Source: an uncultured Gammaproteobacteria bacterium (GTDB lineage: Bacteria; Patescibacteriota; Patescibacteriia; Magasanikbacterales; UBA922). Taken from it: 64,000 nt of DNA. A program made the translations under genes and the position numbers. Positions 26,908 to 36,459 of this stretch are shown here, in pieces. The stretch covers positions 85,963 to 149,962 of the forward strand of contig CAZMHV010000001.1 in the NCBI GenBank assembly GCA_964566225.1, in the 5' to 3' direction. Numbering within the stretch: position 1 is the first letter of the stretch; each line of letters opens with the position of its first letter. Below the pieces are notes generated by a model, which had not been told where the DNA came from, did no database searches, and saw only the letters and a program-made list of their open reading frames with translations.

Positions 26908-28353
26908 ATGTTTCGTAAACCTTGGGTGTATATTGCGTTGTGTTTTGTCATCATTATCATTGGCATTGTTGTGTTTGTTCGCCAAACCACACCCAAACAA
27001 ATTTTCAACTTACCTCTGGTCAAAGAAACTTTGGTCAAAAAAACAGGTCCGACGAAAAAAGCTTTGGTAGATTTGCTTCCAACTTTTTTGGGATTTGAAA
27101 AACCCAAAACATATTTGGTATTGTTTGAAAATAATACAGAACTTCGTCCAGGTGGCGGATTTATTGGGACGTATGCTTTGGTGAATGTTGATAACGGAAG
27201 TATTCATCCGCTTGTTGTTGAAGGCACTGAGTCACTCGATAATAGAGTCAAAGATCAAGTCACCGCAATACCTCCAAAAATTATTCAAGAAAAACTTGGC
27301 TTGGGGAAGTGGTATTTTCGTGATAGTAATTGGTCACCAGATTTTGTAGAAAGTTCCAAAAAGGCTTTGGAATTTTATGCTGCCGAAAATGGTCAGTCAG
27401 CCCAAGATATTGATGCGGTGATAGCACTGACTCCTACGGTTCTTGAAGAACTTCTCAAAATAACTGGCCCTATTACGGTGCAAGGGGTTGAATTTAACGC
27501 AAAAAATGTAGTGAATAGACTTGAGTATGAAGTAGAATTTGGTTTTGAACACAAAGGTATTGATTTTGCCAATAGAAAGCAAATTATAGAACCATTTTTT
27601 CATGCAGTGCTCAAAAAAGTTGCACCGGATGCCTTGCTTCATACGAGCAAGTATATGGATTTGTTTGACACTTTGGCCAAACAAAAACAGATTTTGGTAT
27701 ATTTCAAAGATACTGGTATCCAAAAAACCATGCAGGAATATGGATGGACAGGGGATGTCAAAGCAGTAGATGGAGATTTTGTGATGTGGGTAGATGCGAA
27801 CCTGGGTGCACTCAAAACAGATCAGGTGATGCAAAGAAATTTACAGTATATGGTTCAACCCGTTGATGAAAAAAATTCTGAATTTGTGGCTCATGCCAAA
27901 ATGCAATATATGCATACTGGTGTTTATGATAAATTTACCAGTCGTTATCGTACCTATGCTCGTGTTTATGTACCACTCGGAAGTGTGCTCAAGGAAGTAA
28001 ATACTGTTCAAAATAATGGTCAAAAAACTCGTTTGACTACTATTGATCAAGGATTTGAAGTAGGCAAACAATGGTATGGTGTATTTATTACCATTGAACC
28101 AAAAGAAAATAAAGAACTGGAATTTGTGTATACACTCCCACCACGGGTGACGAGTCAAATACATGGCCGTACGTATACACTTTTGGTTCAAAAACAAGCA
28201 GGGCTTACTGACGCCCGATTGACGCTTAGGTTGAATTTTGGTACTAATATTACGTCAGCTAGTCCAGCAGAAGAACAAAAAGAGTGGGGGAATGCTGTTT
28301 ATAATAAAGCTATGAATTTTGACACTGATCAGAAGTTTGAAGTGAAAATGTAA
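26908..28353 (+). CDS. DUF4012-like protein (N-terminal TM anchor, conserved LRPGGGFIGTY motif)
   Basis: The ELRPGGGFIGTYALV motif shortly after a single N-terminal TM helix is characteristic of DUF4012. 481 aa. Confidence 0.5.
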   Translation: MFRKPWVYIALCFVIIIIGIVVFVRQTTPKQIFNLPLVKETLVKKTGPTKKALVDLLPTFLGFEKPKTYLVLFENNTELRPGGGFIGTYALVNVDNGSIHPLVVEGTESLDNRVKDQVTAIPPKIIQEKLGLGKWYFRDSNWSPDFVESSKKALEFYAAENGQSAQDIDAVIALTPTVLEELLKITGPITVQGVEFNAKNVVNRLEYEVEFGFEHKGIDFANRKQIIEPFFHAVLKKVAPDALLHTSKYMDLFDTLAKQKQILVYFKDTGIQKTMQEYGWTGDVKAVDGDFVMWVDANLGALKTDQVMQRNLQYMVQPVDEKNSEFVAHAKMQYMHTGVYDKFTSRYRTYARVYVPLGSVLKEVNTVQNNGQKTRLTTIDQGFEVGKQWYGVFITIEPKENKELEFVYTLPPRVTSQIHGRTYTLLVQKQAGLTDARLTLRLNFGTNITSASPAEEQKEWGNAVYNKAMNFDTDQKFEVKM

Positions 28354-28357
28354 TGAA

Positions 28358-29374
28358 TTGCAGCGTATGTTTATTAAAAAGGTCGCCATTGACCTCGGTA
28401 CAACCAATGTTCTCGTGTATGTTCCCAAAAGGGGTATTGTCATCAACGAACCATCAGTCGTTGCTATCTCCAAAGAAGATGGTAAGGTTTTGGCCGTTGG
28501 TATTGAAGCCAAAGAAATGATTGGGCGTACCCCAGACACTATCGTTGCAGAGCGCCCACTCAAAGATGGTGTGATTGCTAACTATCGTACCACCGAAGCC
28601 ATGCTTCGTTATTTTATCAACAAAGCCTTGGGGGGCATGAGACTGTTTCGTCCAGAAGTAATGATTGCTGTGCCTGCTGGTATTACTTCTACTGAACGCC
28701 GTGCTGTAATTGATGCTGCTATGGCTGCAGGGGCTCGTGCTGCGTATATTATCAAAGAACCAGTCGTTTCTGCTATTGGTGCAGATATTCCAATTGGGAG
28801 TGCCTCTGGCCACATGATTATTGATATTGGTGGTGGCACTGCCGAAATTGCCGTTATTTCTCTCGGAGGTATTGTGTCATGGGGCTCGGTGCGTATTGGT
28901 GGCACACGATTTGATGTTTCTATTGCTGAGTATATTCGTCGTAAATATGGGCTTGCTATTGGAGACAGATCAAGTGAAGAAGTAAAAATTCGAGTTGGTT
29001 CTGCTATGTATATGGATGAACCACTTGCCATGGATGTCAAGGGACGTGATGTGATTACTGGGCTTCCGAGGACCGTAACGATTACTTCCGATGATACCAC
29101 CGAAGCACTGCAACATGATTTAGAAGGATTGGTAGAAGCCATCAAAGAAGTCTTGCACAAAACTCCACCAGAGTTGTCGGCTGATGTGATGGACAAAGGT
29201 ATTATTATGGCTGGTGGCAGTAGTCAGCTTCGCAATTTGGATGAACTTATTGCGCATGCTACTGGAGTTGCTTGTTATGTGGCCGATGAACCACTTTTGT
29301 GTGTTGCCAAAGGAACTGGTATTGCGCTTGAAAATTTGGAAAACTATAAGCGCAGTATTATGTCGACACGTTAG
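28358..29374 (+). CDS. mreB: Rod shape-determining protein MreB
   Basis: Actin-fold motifs IDLGTTNVLVYV, DIGGGTAEIAV and MAGGSSQLRNLDELI. The true start may be at MFIKK (28367). Confidence 0.9.
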   Translation: MQRMFIKKVAIDLGTTNVLVYVPKRGIVINEPSVVAISKEDGKVLAVGIEAKEMIGRTPDTIVAERPLKDGVIANYRTTEAMLRYFINKALGGMRLFRPEVMIAVPAGITSTERRAVIDAAMAAGARAAYIIKEPVVSAIGADIPIGSASGHMIIDIGGGTAEIAVISLGGIVSWGSVRIGGTRFDVSIAEYIRRKYGLAIGDRSSEEVKIRVGSAMYMDEPLAMDVKGRDVITGLPRTVTITSDDTTEALQHDLEGLVEAIKEVLHKTPPELSADVMDKGIIMAGGSSQLRNLDELIAHATGVACYVADEPLLCVAKGTGIALENLENYKRSIMSTR

Positions 29375-29390
29375 AGGATCTGATCTCGTA

Positions 29391-29501
29391 CTTGACGACG
29401 CAGTAAGTTTATTTTTTCAATTTTGAAACGGGGTCTTCGACCGCCGCCCGCGCCGCGGGTGGTGATCAAAATTGAAAAAATAAACTTACTGCGTCGTCAA
29501 G
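29391..29501. repeat. Palindromic repeat element, copy B: 35-bp perfect inverted arms with the same GC-rich core as copy A, in reverse orientation
   Basis: Arms cttgacgacgcagtaagtttattttttcaattttg and its perfect reverse complement. Core aaacggggtcttcgaccgccgcccgcgccgcgggtggtgat, which is the reverse complement of the copy A core with a single mismatch. Confidence 0.8.
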
Positions 29502-29515
29502 TCTAAAATTTTAAT

Positions 29516-30106
29516 ATGATTTCTCTCTCTGCACAAAGTATTCTTCATACCAAAACTGGTGATTGGAAAATTCTCGTCTATACAGAAGAAAAAAAGTTAG
29601 AACATGTGGCTCTTATAAAAGGTGTGGTAGAGCCTGGGAGTACCCCACTCGTGCGTGTTCATTCAGAATGTTTGACTGGTGACACACTGGGTTCACTGCA
29701 CTGTGATTGTGGTGAGCAAAAAGAAGCTGCACTTCAAAGAATTGCCACAGAAGGGAGTGGTATTTTTTTGTATATGCGCCAAGAAGGTAGAGGAATTGGT
29801 CTTGCCAGTAAAATTCAGGCATATGAGTTGCAGCGAGTAGAAGGACTCGATACCGTAGAAGCGAATTTGAAACTCGGGCGTGAGGCAGACGAACGGTGTT
29901 ATTTGCCGGCGTCTTTGATGCTCCAAGATTTAGGAATTACCTCTGTGCGATTACTGACCAATAATCCTGATAAAAAAGTTGGGCTTGAACAACATGGTAT
30001 GATGGTGACTGAACTTGTGCCCACTGAAGTATTTCCAAATGAAATAAACAAAAAATATTTGGAGACCAAGAAAAATAAGATGGGACATATTTTGAAGAAT
30101 GTGTAA
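29516..30106 (+). CDS. ribA: GTP cyclohydrolase II
   Basis: Zinc site CLTGDTLGSLHCDCG and the catalytic region YMRQEGRGIGL. Confidence 0.85.
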   Translation: MISLSAQSILHTKTGDWKILVYTEEKKLEHVALIKGVVEPGSTPLVRVHSECLTGDTLGSLHCDCGEQKEAALQRIATEGSGIFLYMRQEGRGIGLASKIQAYELQRVEGLDTVEANLKLGREADERCYLPASLMLQDLGITSVRLLTNNPDKKVGLEQHGMMVTELVPTEVFPNEINKKYLETKKNKMGHILKNV

Positions 30107-30140
30107 GATTTTTTAACCCTATTATTTAAATTTTTTACTT

Positions 30141-32468
30141 ATGCCAGAAGGTTTTCACCGCGAAGGCCAACCCATGGATGTTACTTTTTCAAGTTCTTTT
30201 TCTGATAATCGTGACGATAGTCCAAAGTCAGCTGAAACTTGGTTGAATCAAGAGAAAACTTTACATGAACAAGAGAATGTTGGTGGACCAGAAACAGGTT
30301 TAAATTTTGTAGATGAAGTGCGAGATGTTGTGGTACGAGGAGAAAAAAGAAAGATGCGACAACAAGGACTTTTTGATAGATTAAAAACGCATTCTCTCAT
30401 GCTTGCTTCTGCTCTCGGTATAAGTGCAGGATCTTTTGCTATGCTTGATTCAGAAACGAGAAATAGTGTCGTTGAAAAGGCTCAAGAACTTATGGCTGTG
30501 GCACAATTTGGGGATAAAGAACAGCAAGAACTTGCGGCACAAGCAAAGCAAGCACTTTCAAAAGATTTAAAAGATATGCAACGTGAAGGCAGTGATGAAC
30601 AATCAGAAGTTGAAAGAAGAAAACAGCTCATTGATGTACATATGAAAGTGTTGGAACTCAAAGGGGGTGTCTCACACGAAGAAACAACTCGAACAAAAGA
30701 ATACATCGAACGACTGGTAACAAAGTATCAGAAGATGAAGAGAGAAGGTTTTGGAAATCACCAAAATTACAAAGAAAAGATGTTTTCTGACCTTTTTGAA
30801 TTATCCAAAGAAACAGGACGTTATGAACCAGGCAAAGCAAGAATTTCTTCTATTGCCAATGATGGAGTAGGGAACTGTGAAGCAAAAGCATTGCTTCGTC
30901 GTCTCGTAGTACCATTTGTGTATCCCGAAAGTGAACTCAAATTTCAGCATTTTGGGCCAGGAGAAAAGACTTCGCCAGATCAAGGTGCTACTGAGAATGC
31001 CGGTCATGTGCGTATGATTATGAGAATTGAAAAAAATTGGTACGCACTTGAAGATGGTGTACCACAAAAACTTGCTCCAAATGATTTGGTAGGAACACTT
31101 ATTACAGATATTGATGTATTTGAAAAATCACTGCTGGGTGAACATGTTGGTGGCAAGCCAGTAAAAAGTGAAGGAGCTGTGGCTCGGGAGTCGACCGCAA
31201 AGACCAATAGTTTATTTGATCTTCAATTTGACACTCCACCAACACGGTCTTTGCCCGGTGGTATTTCGCAAACCGAAACTCTGCAAGAATTTAACAAACG
31301 TCAAAGACTCGAATATACCGCTGCAGGTCAAACTCTGGATCCCGAGAATTTACCTCCGCTCAAAGTGTATATTGGTGAAACACTTGAAGATGTTTCTGCA
31401 CAAATGGGTGGTGGAGAAAAAAAAGAAGATATGCTAAAGCCAGAAGATCCACATGAACTTCCTGAAGACAGGAAGATGAGGGCAATGATTGATGGTGTGT
31501 TGGATTTATCTGGGAAGAACGTATTTTATGATCTTTCTGCTTTGCATGGGGTTGAACTGAAAGCAATATATGGAGGTTATTTCGGAATACGTGGAAAAGT
31601 CGCTGACAAGTATGCACAAGAATTTACAGCACATTTTTCAAAGGTTCCAGAAATCAGTCTGAGTGTAATAGATAAAAGTAGTCAATCCGTAGCTGATGCT
31701 TTCGAAACACTAAAAGATTTAAGTGTGACTCGTCTCGACGGAACAAAAACAGATCTCAATTTTTTGAGGGGCAAAGATACTCTCAAAAGATTTTCTTTGA
31801 TTGGAACAAATGGTACGGTTGATCTTGAACCTCTTGGTGGACATCAGTTAGAAAGTTTGAGATTATCAAATCATGTAACGAAAGAAGGTTTCAAAAATTT
31901 GATTGCCGTTGATACGAGTATGCTTAAGGCTGTATCAATAGATACAATTTTAGTGAATCAAGAAATTGAAAAGTTTATTGCAGGAATATCAGGTGCCAGG
32001 GAATTTCAGCTCAATTTTGAAACTCAAGAAGGTAAAAATTTTAAAATTTTTGATTCTGTAAATGAGTTAAAAACAAAAAATCTTGAAAGATTTACTCTCA
32101 CCATGCTTGAGCGTCCAATTCAAGGGGAATTTACTTTTGATTTGACAAAAATTTCATCGCAACCACTCACAAATTTGGAACTTTGGGGTATTTCGGCAGA
32201 GCGCCTTGAAGCCCTTGAAGGTATGCCATTAGAAAATTTGACTCTAGAAATAAATTGTGAAACCACGGACATCTCTCCACTCAAAAAGCTTCCAAAATTA
32301 CAAAATTTGGAGATTATTTGTAATGGAGAAATTTCTTCAGAGGTTGGGAATTTTGTTCAGTCGCTTCCTGTGAGAGAAAAAAGGGTGAGAAAAGTTGGTG
32401 ACGGTGTTGACGATGACCAAGATTATCTTACACAAAGGAAACTCGGTGTGAGGCCAGCGGGTGAATAA
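30141..32468 (+). CDS. Large hypothetical protein (775 aa) with a C-terminal internalin-type leucine-rich repeat region
   Basis: No signal peptide. The N-terminal ~200 aa are charged and predicted coiled-coil. The C-terminal ~250 aa contain LRR units such as LENLTLEINCETTDISPLKKLPKLQNLEI. Confidence 0.6.
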   Translation: MPEGFHREGQPMDVTFSSSFSDNRDDSPKSAETWLNQEKTLHEQENVGGPETGLNFVDEVRDVVVRGEKRKMRQQGLFDRLKTHSLMLASALGISAGSFAMLDSETRNSVVEKAQELMAVAQFGDKEQQELAAQAKQALSKDLKDMQREGSDEQSEVERRKQLIDVHMKVLELKGGVSHEETTRTKEYIERLVTKYQKMKREGFGNHQNYKEKMFSDLFELSKETGRYEPGKARISSIANDGVGNCEAKALLRRLVVPFVYPESELKFQHFGPGEKTSPDQGATENAGHVRMIMRIEKNWYALEDGVPQKLAPNDLVGTLITDIDVFEKSLLGEHVGGKPVKSEGAVARESTAKTNSLFDLQFDTPPTRSLPGGISQTETLQEFNKRQRLEYTAAGQTLDPENLPPLKVYIGETLEDVSAQMGGGEKKEDMLKPEDPHELPEDRKMRAMIDGVLDLSGKNVFYDLSALHGVELKAIYGGYFGIRGKVADKYAQEFTAHFSKVPEISLSVIDKSSQSVADAFETLKDLSVTRLDGTKTDLNFLRGKDTLKRFSLIGTNGTVDLEPLGGHQLESLRLSNHVTKEGFKNLIAVDTSMLKAVSIDTILVNQEIEKFIAGISGAREFQLNFETQEGKNFKIFDSVNELKTKNLERFTLTMLERPIQGEFTFDLTKISSQPLTNLELWGISAERLEALEGMPLENLTLEINCETTDISPLKKLPKLQNLEIICNGEISSEVGNFVQSLPVREKRVRKVGDGVDDDQDYLTQRKLGVRPAGE

Positions 32469-33612
32469 TTTTTTAGAGAAAGACTTTATTCAAACTATGC
32501 AACAAAAATTTTTTGAACACGCTCTGCAGCTCGCCCAAAAAGCCTTGGGCCATACTTCACCAAATCCATGTGTGGGTGCTGTTGTGGTAAAAAATGGTGA
32601 AATTATTGGTGAGGGGTATCACAAAAAAGCGGGGAGTAAACATGCCGAAGTCGTGGCTATTGAAAATGCCGTCCGCAATGGTTTTTCTGTGGAAGGAGCC
32701 GATGTCTATGTCACGCTCGAGCCCTGTTGTCATGTTGGCAAAACTTCAGCTTGTACTGAACTTCTCATCAATTCCAAAATCAAACGCGTTTTTGTGGGCA
32801 TGAAAGATCCATTTAAACTAGTGAATGGTGGTGGTATCAAAGTATTGAAACGTGCGGGCGTTGAAGTAGAAGTATTACCCAAGTATCAAGATTTGACTGA
32901 ACAAATTCGTTTTATCAATCAGCCATTTATCAAATGGGCGCTTACAGGTTTACCCTATGTCACTTTGAAAGCTGCCGTTAGTCTTGATGGACGTATTGCT
33001 ACGCGTACCAACGACTCCAAATGGATCACGAGTGACGAAGCACGTATTGATTCCAAACGTGAACGAAGCATGTGTGATGCCGTACTTGTGGGCAGTGGCA
33101 CAGCCAAAAAAGATAATCCAGAGCTGGCACCACACGGAAAGTTTACAGAAAAACAACTCAAAAGAATTTTGATTGATCCAGATTTGTCTACACCACTGTC
33201 ATTTCAAATATTTCGTGACAGCAATGTATTTGTAGCGACCACACATCGGGCTGACAAAGAAAAACAAGCAGAATTTGCGACTAAAAATATTCCGGTCGAA
33301 CCACTCGGTGTAGAAAAAATTGAAATTAAACATTTACTCCAGCATCTTGGCAAAATCGGCGTGCAACACCTATTTGTGGAGGGTGGCAGCAGTGTGCACG
33401 GCTCATTTTTTGACGAAGCCATTTACGATCCACTCGTTATTGATCGCATTGTCTGGTACATTGCTCCCAAATTCATCGGTGGCCGTGAAGCCATTTGTTC
33501 TATTAGTGGCACAGGCATTGAAAAAATCACACAGGCACGGAGTATGGAAAATGTGCGTACTGAGCTGGTGGGGCCGGATATTAAGGTGAGTGGGTATTTG
33601 AATGTGTATTAA
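32461..33612 (+). CDS. ribD: Bifunctional riboflavin biosynthesis deaminase/reductase RibD
   Basis: CMP/dCMP deaminase zinc motif HAEVVAI...TLEPCCHVGKT, followed by a C-terminal RibD reductase domain. The true start is probably at MQQKFF (32497). Confidence 0.85.
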   Translation: MNNFLEKDFIQTMQQKFFEHALQLAQKALGHTSPNPCVGAVVVKNGEIIGEGYHKKAGSKHAEVVAIENAVRNGFSVEGADVYVTLEPCCHVGKTSACTELLINSKIKRVFVGMKDPFKLVNGGGIKVLKRAGVEVEVLPKYQDLTEQIRFINQPFIKWALTGLPYVTLKAAVSLDGRIATRTNDSKWITSDEARIDSKRERSMCDAVLVGSGTAKKDNPELAPHGKFTEKQLKRILIDPDLSTPLSFQIFRDSNVFVATTHRADKEKQAEFATKNIPVEPLGVEKIEIKHLLQHLGKIGVQHLFVEGGSSVHGSFFDEAIYDPLVIDRIVWYIAPKFIGGREAICSISGTGIEKITQARSMENVRTELVGPDIKVSGYLNVY

Positions 33613-33694
33613 ATTGTCTAAAATAAGCCATTTTTGACAAAAAATCAACTTTTATATATACTATAAATATAGTTTATATATTAAATTCATATAT

Positions 33695-33943
33695 ATGTCA
33701 GTAGTTAATTTTGCGATCTCGAAACCTCTTGAGGTAAAAATCAATAAAGTTATCAAAAAAGAAGGCTTTGCTAGTAAAGCAGAATTTTTTCGGTTTGCTG
33801 CAATGAACTATATCAGTCGTTTTCGTGAAGACATTTCTCAAGAAGAATTTGAAGAGTCAGCCCGAGAATTTAAAAGTTCCATCGAAAAAGCTGTAGCTAA
33901 GAAAAAATTTCCATCACTCGAAGATCAACTGTCTGATTTATAA
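33695..33943 (+). CDS. Ribbon-helix-helix (CopG/ParD-like) antitoxin
   Basis: 82 aa. The beta-alpha-alpha pattern AISKPLEVKINKVIKKEGFASKAEFFRFAAMNYI is typical of RHH. It ends 5 nt before the downstream toxin gene. Confidence 0.55.
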   Translation: MSVVNFAISKPLEVKINKVIKKEGFASKAEFFRFAAMNYISRFREDISQEEFEESAREFKSSIEKAVAKKKFPSLEDQLSDL

Positions 33944-33948
33944 ATAGT

Positions 33949-34281
33949 ATGTACCAATTTGTTGTCCCTGAGTATTTTAGGAAACAAATAAAAAAGTACG
34001 TAAAAAAACATCGCTCACTTTTGGGTGATGTTATTTTTTGTCTAAAAAATTTTGATCCGGAGAGTCATACAAATTTAGGTGAAGACGTTTATAAAATTCG
34101 GCTCATGGTATCAGATATGAAAAAAGGGAAAAGAAACTCTTTTCGGCTCATCGTTGTTCTTGTTCGTCACAAAGATACATTAATCCCACTCACTCTCTAC
34201 TATAAAGGTGATCAAGATTCAATTTCTAAAAGAGAAATTCAAGAACATTTTAAATTTGTCATGAGGGAACTTTTATTTTAG
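33949..34281 (+). CDS. RelE/ParE-superfamily toxin (HigB/YafQ-like)
   Basis: 110 aa. The C-terminal half YKIRL...GKRNSFRLIVVLVRHKDTLIPLTLYYKG matches the RelE/ParE beta-sheet core. Immediately follows the RHH gene. Confidence 0.5.
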   Translation: MYQFVVPEYFRKQIKKYVKKHRSLLGDVIFCLKNFDPESHTNLGEDVYKIRLMVSDMKKGKRNSFRLIVVLVRHKDTLIPLTLYYKGDQDSISKREIQEHFKFVMRELLF

Positions 34282-34282
34282 T

Positions 34283-34714
34283 ATGTTTTACACCCAACCC
34301 CCCGAAAACTTCACCCCAGACTTTCAAGTCGTTGGCTGTTACCCCGAATACAACGGCAAGTTATTGTTTTTGCTTCGTCACCCGAGCAAGGTACAGGGCA
34401 ACACATGGTGTGTGCCAGGAGGAAAAGTAGATGAAGGCGAAACGTTGGAGCAAGCAACACTTCGTGAACTCACCGAAGAAAGTGGAATTGTGGCTGCACC
34501 ACAAGACGTGAAATTTTTTCAAACCGTTTATAAAGTGACACCAGAGTTTCGTTACACATTTAGTATTTTTTCACTCAAACTTGATTCTCTTCGTGACATT
34601 ACCATTAGTCCAACTGAACATACCAAGTATATGTGGGTGACACTTGAAGAAGCGTTGCAAATGACGTTGATTGAGGACGAAGATAAATGTTTACAGTTGT
34701 TATATAAACTATGA
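34283..34714 (+). CDS. NUDIX hydrolase
   Basis: Nudix box GGKVDEGETLEQATLRELTEESGI (GX5EX7REUXEEXGU). Confidence 0.85.
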   Translation: MFYTQPPENFTPDFQVVGCYPEYNGKLLFLLRHPSKVQGNTWCVPGGKVDEGETLEQATLRELTEESGIVAAPQDVKFFQTVYKVTPEFRYTFSIFSLKLDSLRDITISPTEHTKYMWVTLEEALQMTLIEDEDKCLQLLYKL

Positions 34715-35325
34715 TTACTACCATTTTTTTTGATCTCGACGGGGTACTCACTACCAAAAATAATGGGAGCCTTACCACCTGTGAGTACATCAGCACGCAA
34801 ACAGGCATTCCTTTAGAAAAAGTTTTATCTTCTTTTCGAGGGGAATTTTCCAAACAAGTTTCTTTTGGTGAGAGGACCGATGAAGAATTTTGGCCACTCT
34901 TTTGTGAAGCACTGGGTGTTTCATTGCCACTTACACTTTTAGACGAAGCTTACAAAAGTACTCCACAAAATGAAAGTATGTTTGCTCTCGCTTGTGAACT
35001 CAAAAAAAAATACAAGATTGGTCTTATTACTGATAATGGTCGTAGAAGAATGGAAGTCCTCGGTAGTATCTGGAATTTTAAAGAGTTGTTTGATAGTATT
35101 ACTACATCCTATGATGTCGCGGCATTCAAAGATAATGAAAAGATTTTTCAACTCGCTTTGGAACGATTGCAGGTTTCTGCTGATGAAACAGTTTTTATAG
35201 ATAACGGTGAAAAAAATTTAGTTATCCCTGCACAAATGGGTTTCAAAACGTATTATTTTGATGAAACAAAAAATGATATCGAAAGTCTCACTACGCAGTT
35301 GCGAGATTGGGGAGTAAACATATAA
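34711..35325 (+). CDS. HAD-superfamily hydrolase (subfamily IA-like)
   Basis: Motif I FFDLDGVL at the N-terminus and a motif IV aspartate region near the C-terminus. Overlaps the NUDIX gene by 4 nt. Confidence 0.75.
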   Translation: MITTIFFDLDGVLTTKNNGSLTTCEYISTQTGIPLEKVLSSFRGEFSKQVSFGERTDEEFWPLFCEALGVSLPLTLLDEAYKSTPQNESMFALACELKKKYKIGLITDNGRRRMEVLGSIWNFKELFDSITTSYDVAAFKDNEKIFQLALERLQVSADETVFIDNGEKNLVIPAQMGFKTYYFDETKNDIESLTTQLRDWGVNI

Positions 35326-35328
35326 TCT

Positions 35329-36441
35329 ATGACCATCGGCATCGACGCATCGCGCGCTAACCATATTCAAAAAACCGGCGTAGAATGGTACGCGTATTTT
35401 GTCATACAAAATTTGAAAAAAATTCTTCCGGCAGAAGTGGAGGTGGTGCTCTATTCAGAAGTTCCTCTTCAAGGTGAACTCGCCATACTGCCACCAAACT
35501 GGTCTTCCAAAGTATTGCGTTGGCCACCAAAGCGTTTGTGGACACAGTTTCGTATGAGTTATGAAATGCTTGTACACGCACCAGATGTGCTGTTTATTCC
35601 AGCACACGTATTTCCTCTTATCCATCCCAAAAAAACGGTCATGACTGTGCATGATATTGCGGCTGTACAGTTTCCAGAGAGTTATAATTGGTTTGAACGT
35701 TGGTACTCTACGTGGACTGCCAAGTATGCTGTAAAAAAATTGTGGCAGGTGATTGTACCAAGTCGATTTACTCAAGATGAACTCTGTTCGCTCACACCAT
35801 CAAAAAATATTGTTGTGGTGCACAATGGGTATGATGAAAAGTTTTTGCAACCAGTTTCTACGGACCATAAAATTGAAATTTTTACCAAATACAATATTAC
35901 GGACCAGTACTTGCTGAGCATTGGACGACTCGAAGAAAAAAAGAATACCTACCGAATTATTGAAGCATTTGATCACATAAAAAAACAATCAGAATACAAA
36001 AATTTTCAACTTGTACTGGTTGGTCAACCTGGTTTTGGTTATGAAAAAGTAACAGAGGCCTTGGCCAAGAGTCCTCATGCCAAAGATATTATTCAGCTGG
36101 GTTGGACTGTCAAAGAAGATTTGCCGGCACTGATGCAAGGTGCAGAGGTGTTTGTCTTCCCGAGTTTGTATGAAGGATTTGGTATTCCTGTACTCGAAGC
36201 ATTTGCAAGTCATACACCCGTGGTGGTTTCCAAGGGAAGTTGTCTTGAAGAAGTAGCGGGTGGAGCCAGTGTAGTAGTAGATCCACACAGCAGTGAGAGC
36301 ATTGCTGAGGGTATAGGGCGTCTTCTCCAAGATAAACTGTATCGTGAACAAAAAGTGAACAGTGGTACCATTCGAGTGAAGGATTTTTCTTGGTATACCT
36401 GTGCTGCTCGTATTGCTACTGTTTTGCTCAAAAACCAATAA
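35329..36441 (+). CDS. Glycosyltransferase family 1 (GT4)
   Basis: EGFGIPVLEAFASHTPVVVSKGS, the GT4 E-x7-E motif. Confidence 0.8.
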   Translation: MTIGIDASRANHIQKTGVEWYAYFVIQNLKKILPAEVEVVLYSEVPLQGELAILPPNWSSKVLRWPPKRLWTQFRMSYEMLVHAPDVLFIPAHVFPLIHPKKTVMTVHDIAAVQFPESYNWFERWYSTWTAKYAVKKLWQVIVPSRFTQDELCSLTPSKNIVVVHNGYDEKFLQPVSTDHKIEIFTKYNITDQYLLSIGRLEEKKNTYRIIEAFDHIKKQSEYKNFQLVLVGQPGFGYEKVTEALAKSPHAKDIIQLGWTVKEDLPALMQGAEVFVFPSLYEGFGIPVLEAFASHTPVVVSKGSCLEEVAGGASVVVDPHSSESIAEGIGRLLQDKLYREQKVNSGTIRVKDFSWYTCAARIATVLLKNQ

Positions 36442-36459
36442 TATGGTATTCTATAGCAT

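Noticed and set aside
25250-29501. Possibility that the two palindromic repeats are a CRISPR array
   Set aside because: Only two copies, 4 kb apart, in inverted orientation, each internally palindromic and enclosing protein-coding genes. No short regular spacers and no cas genes.
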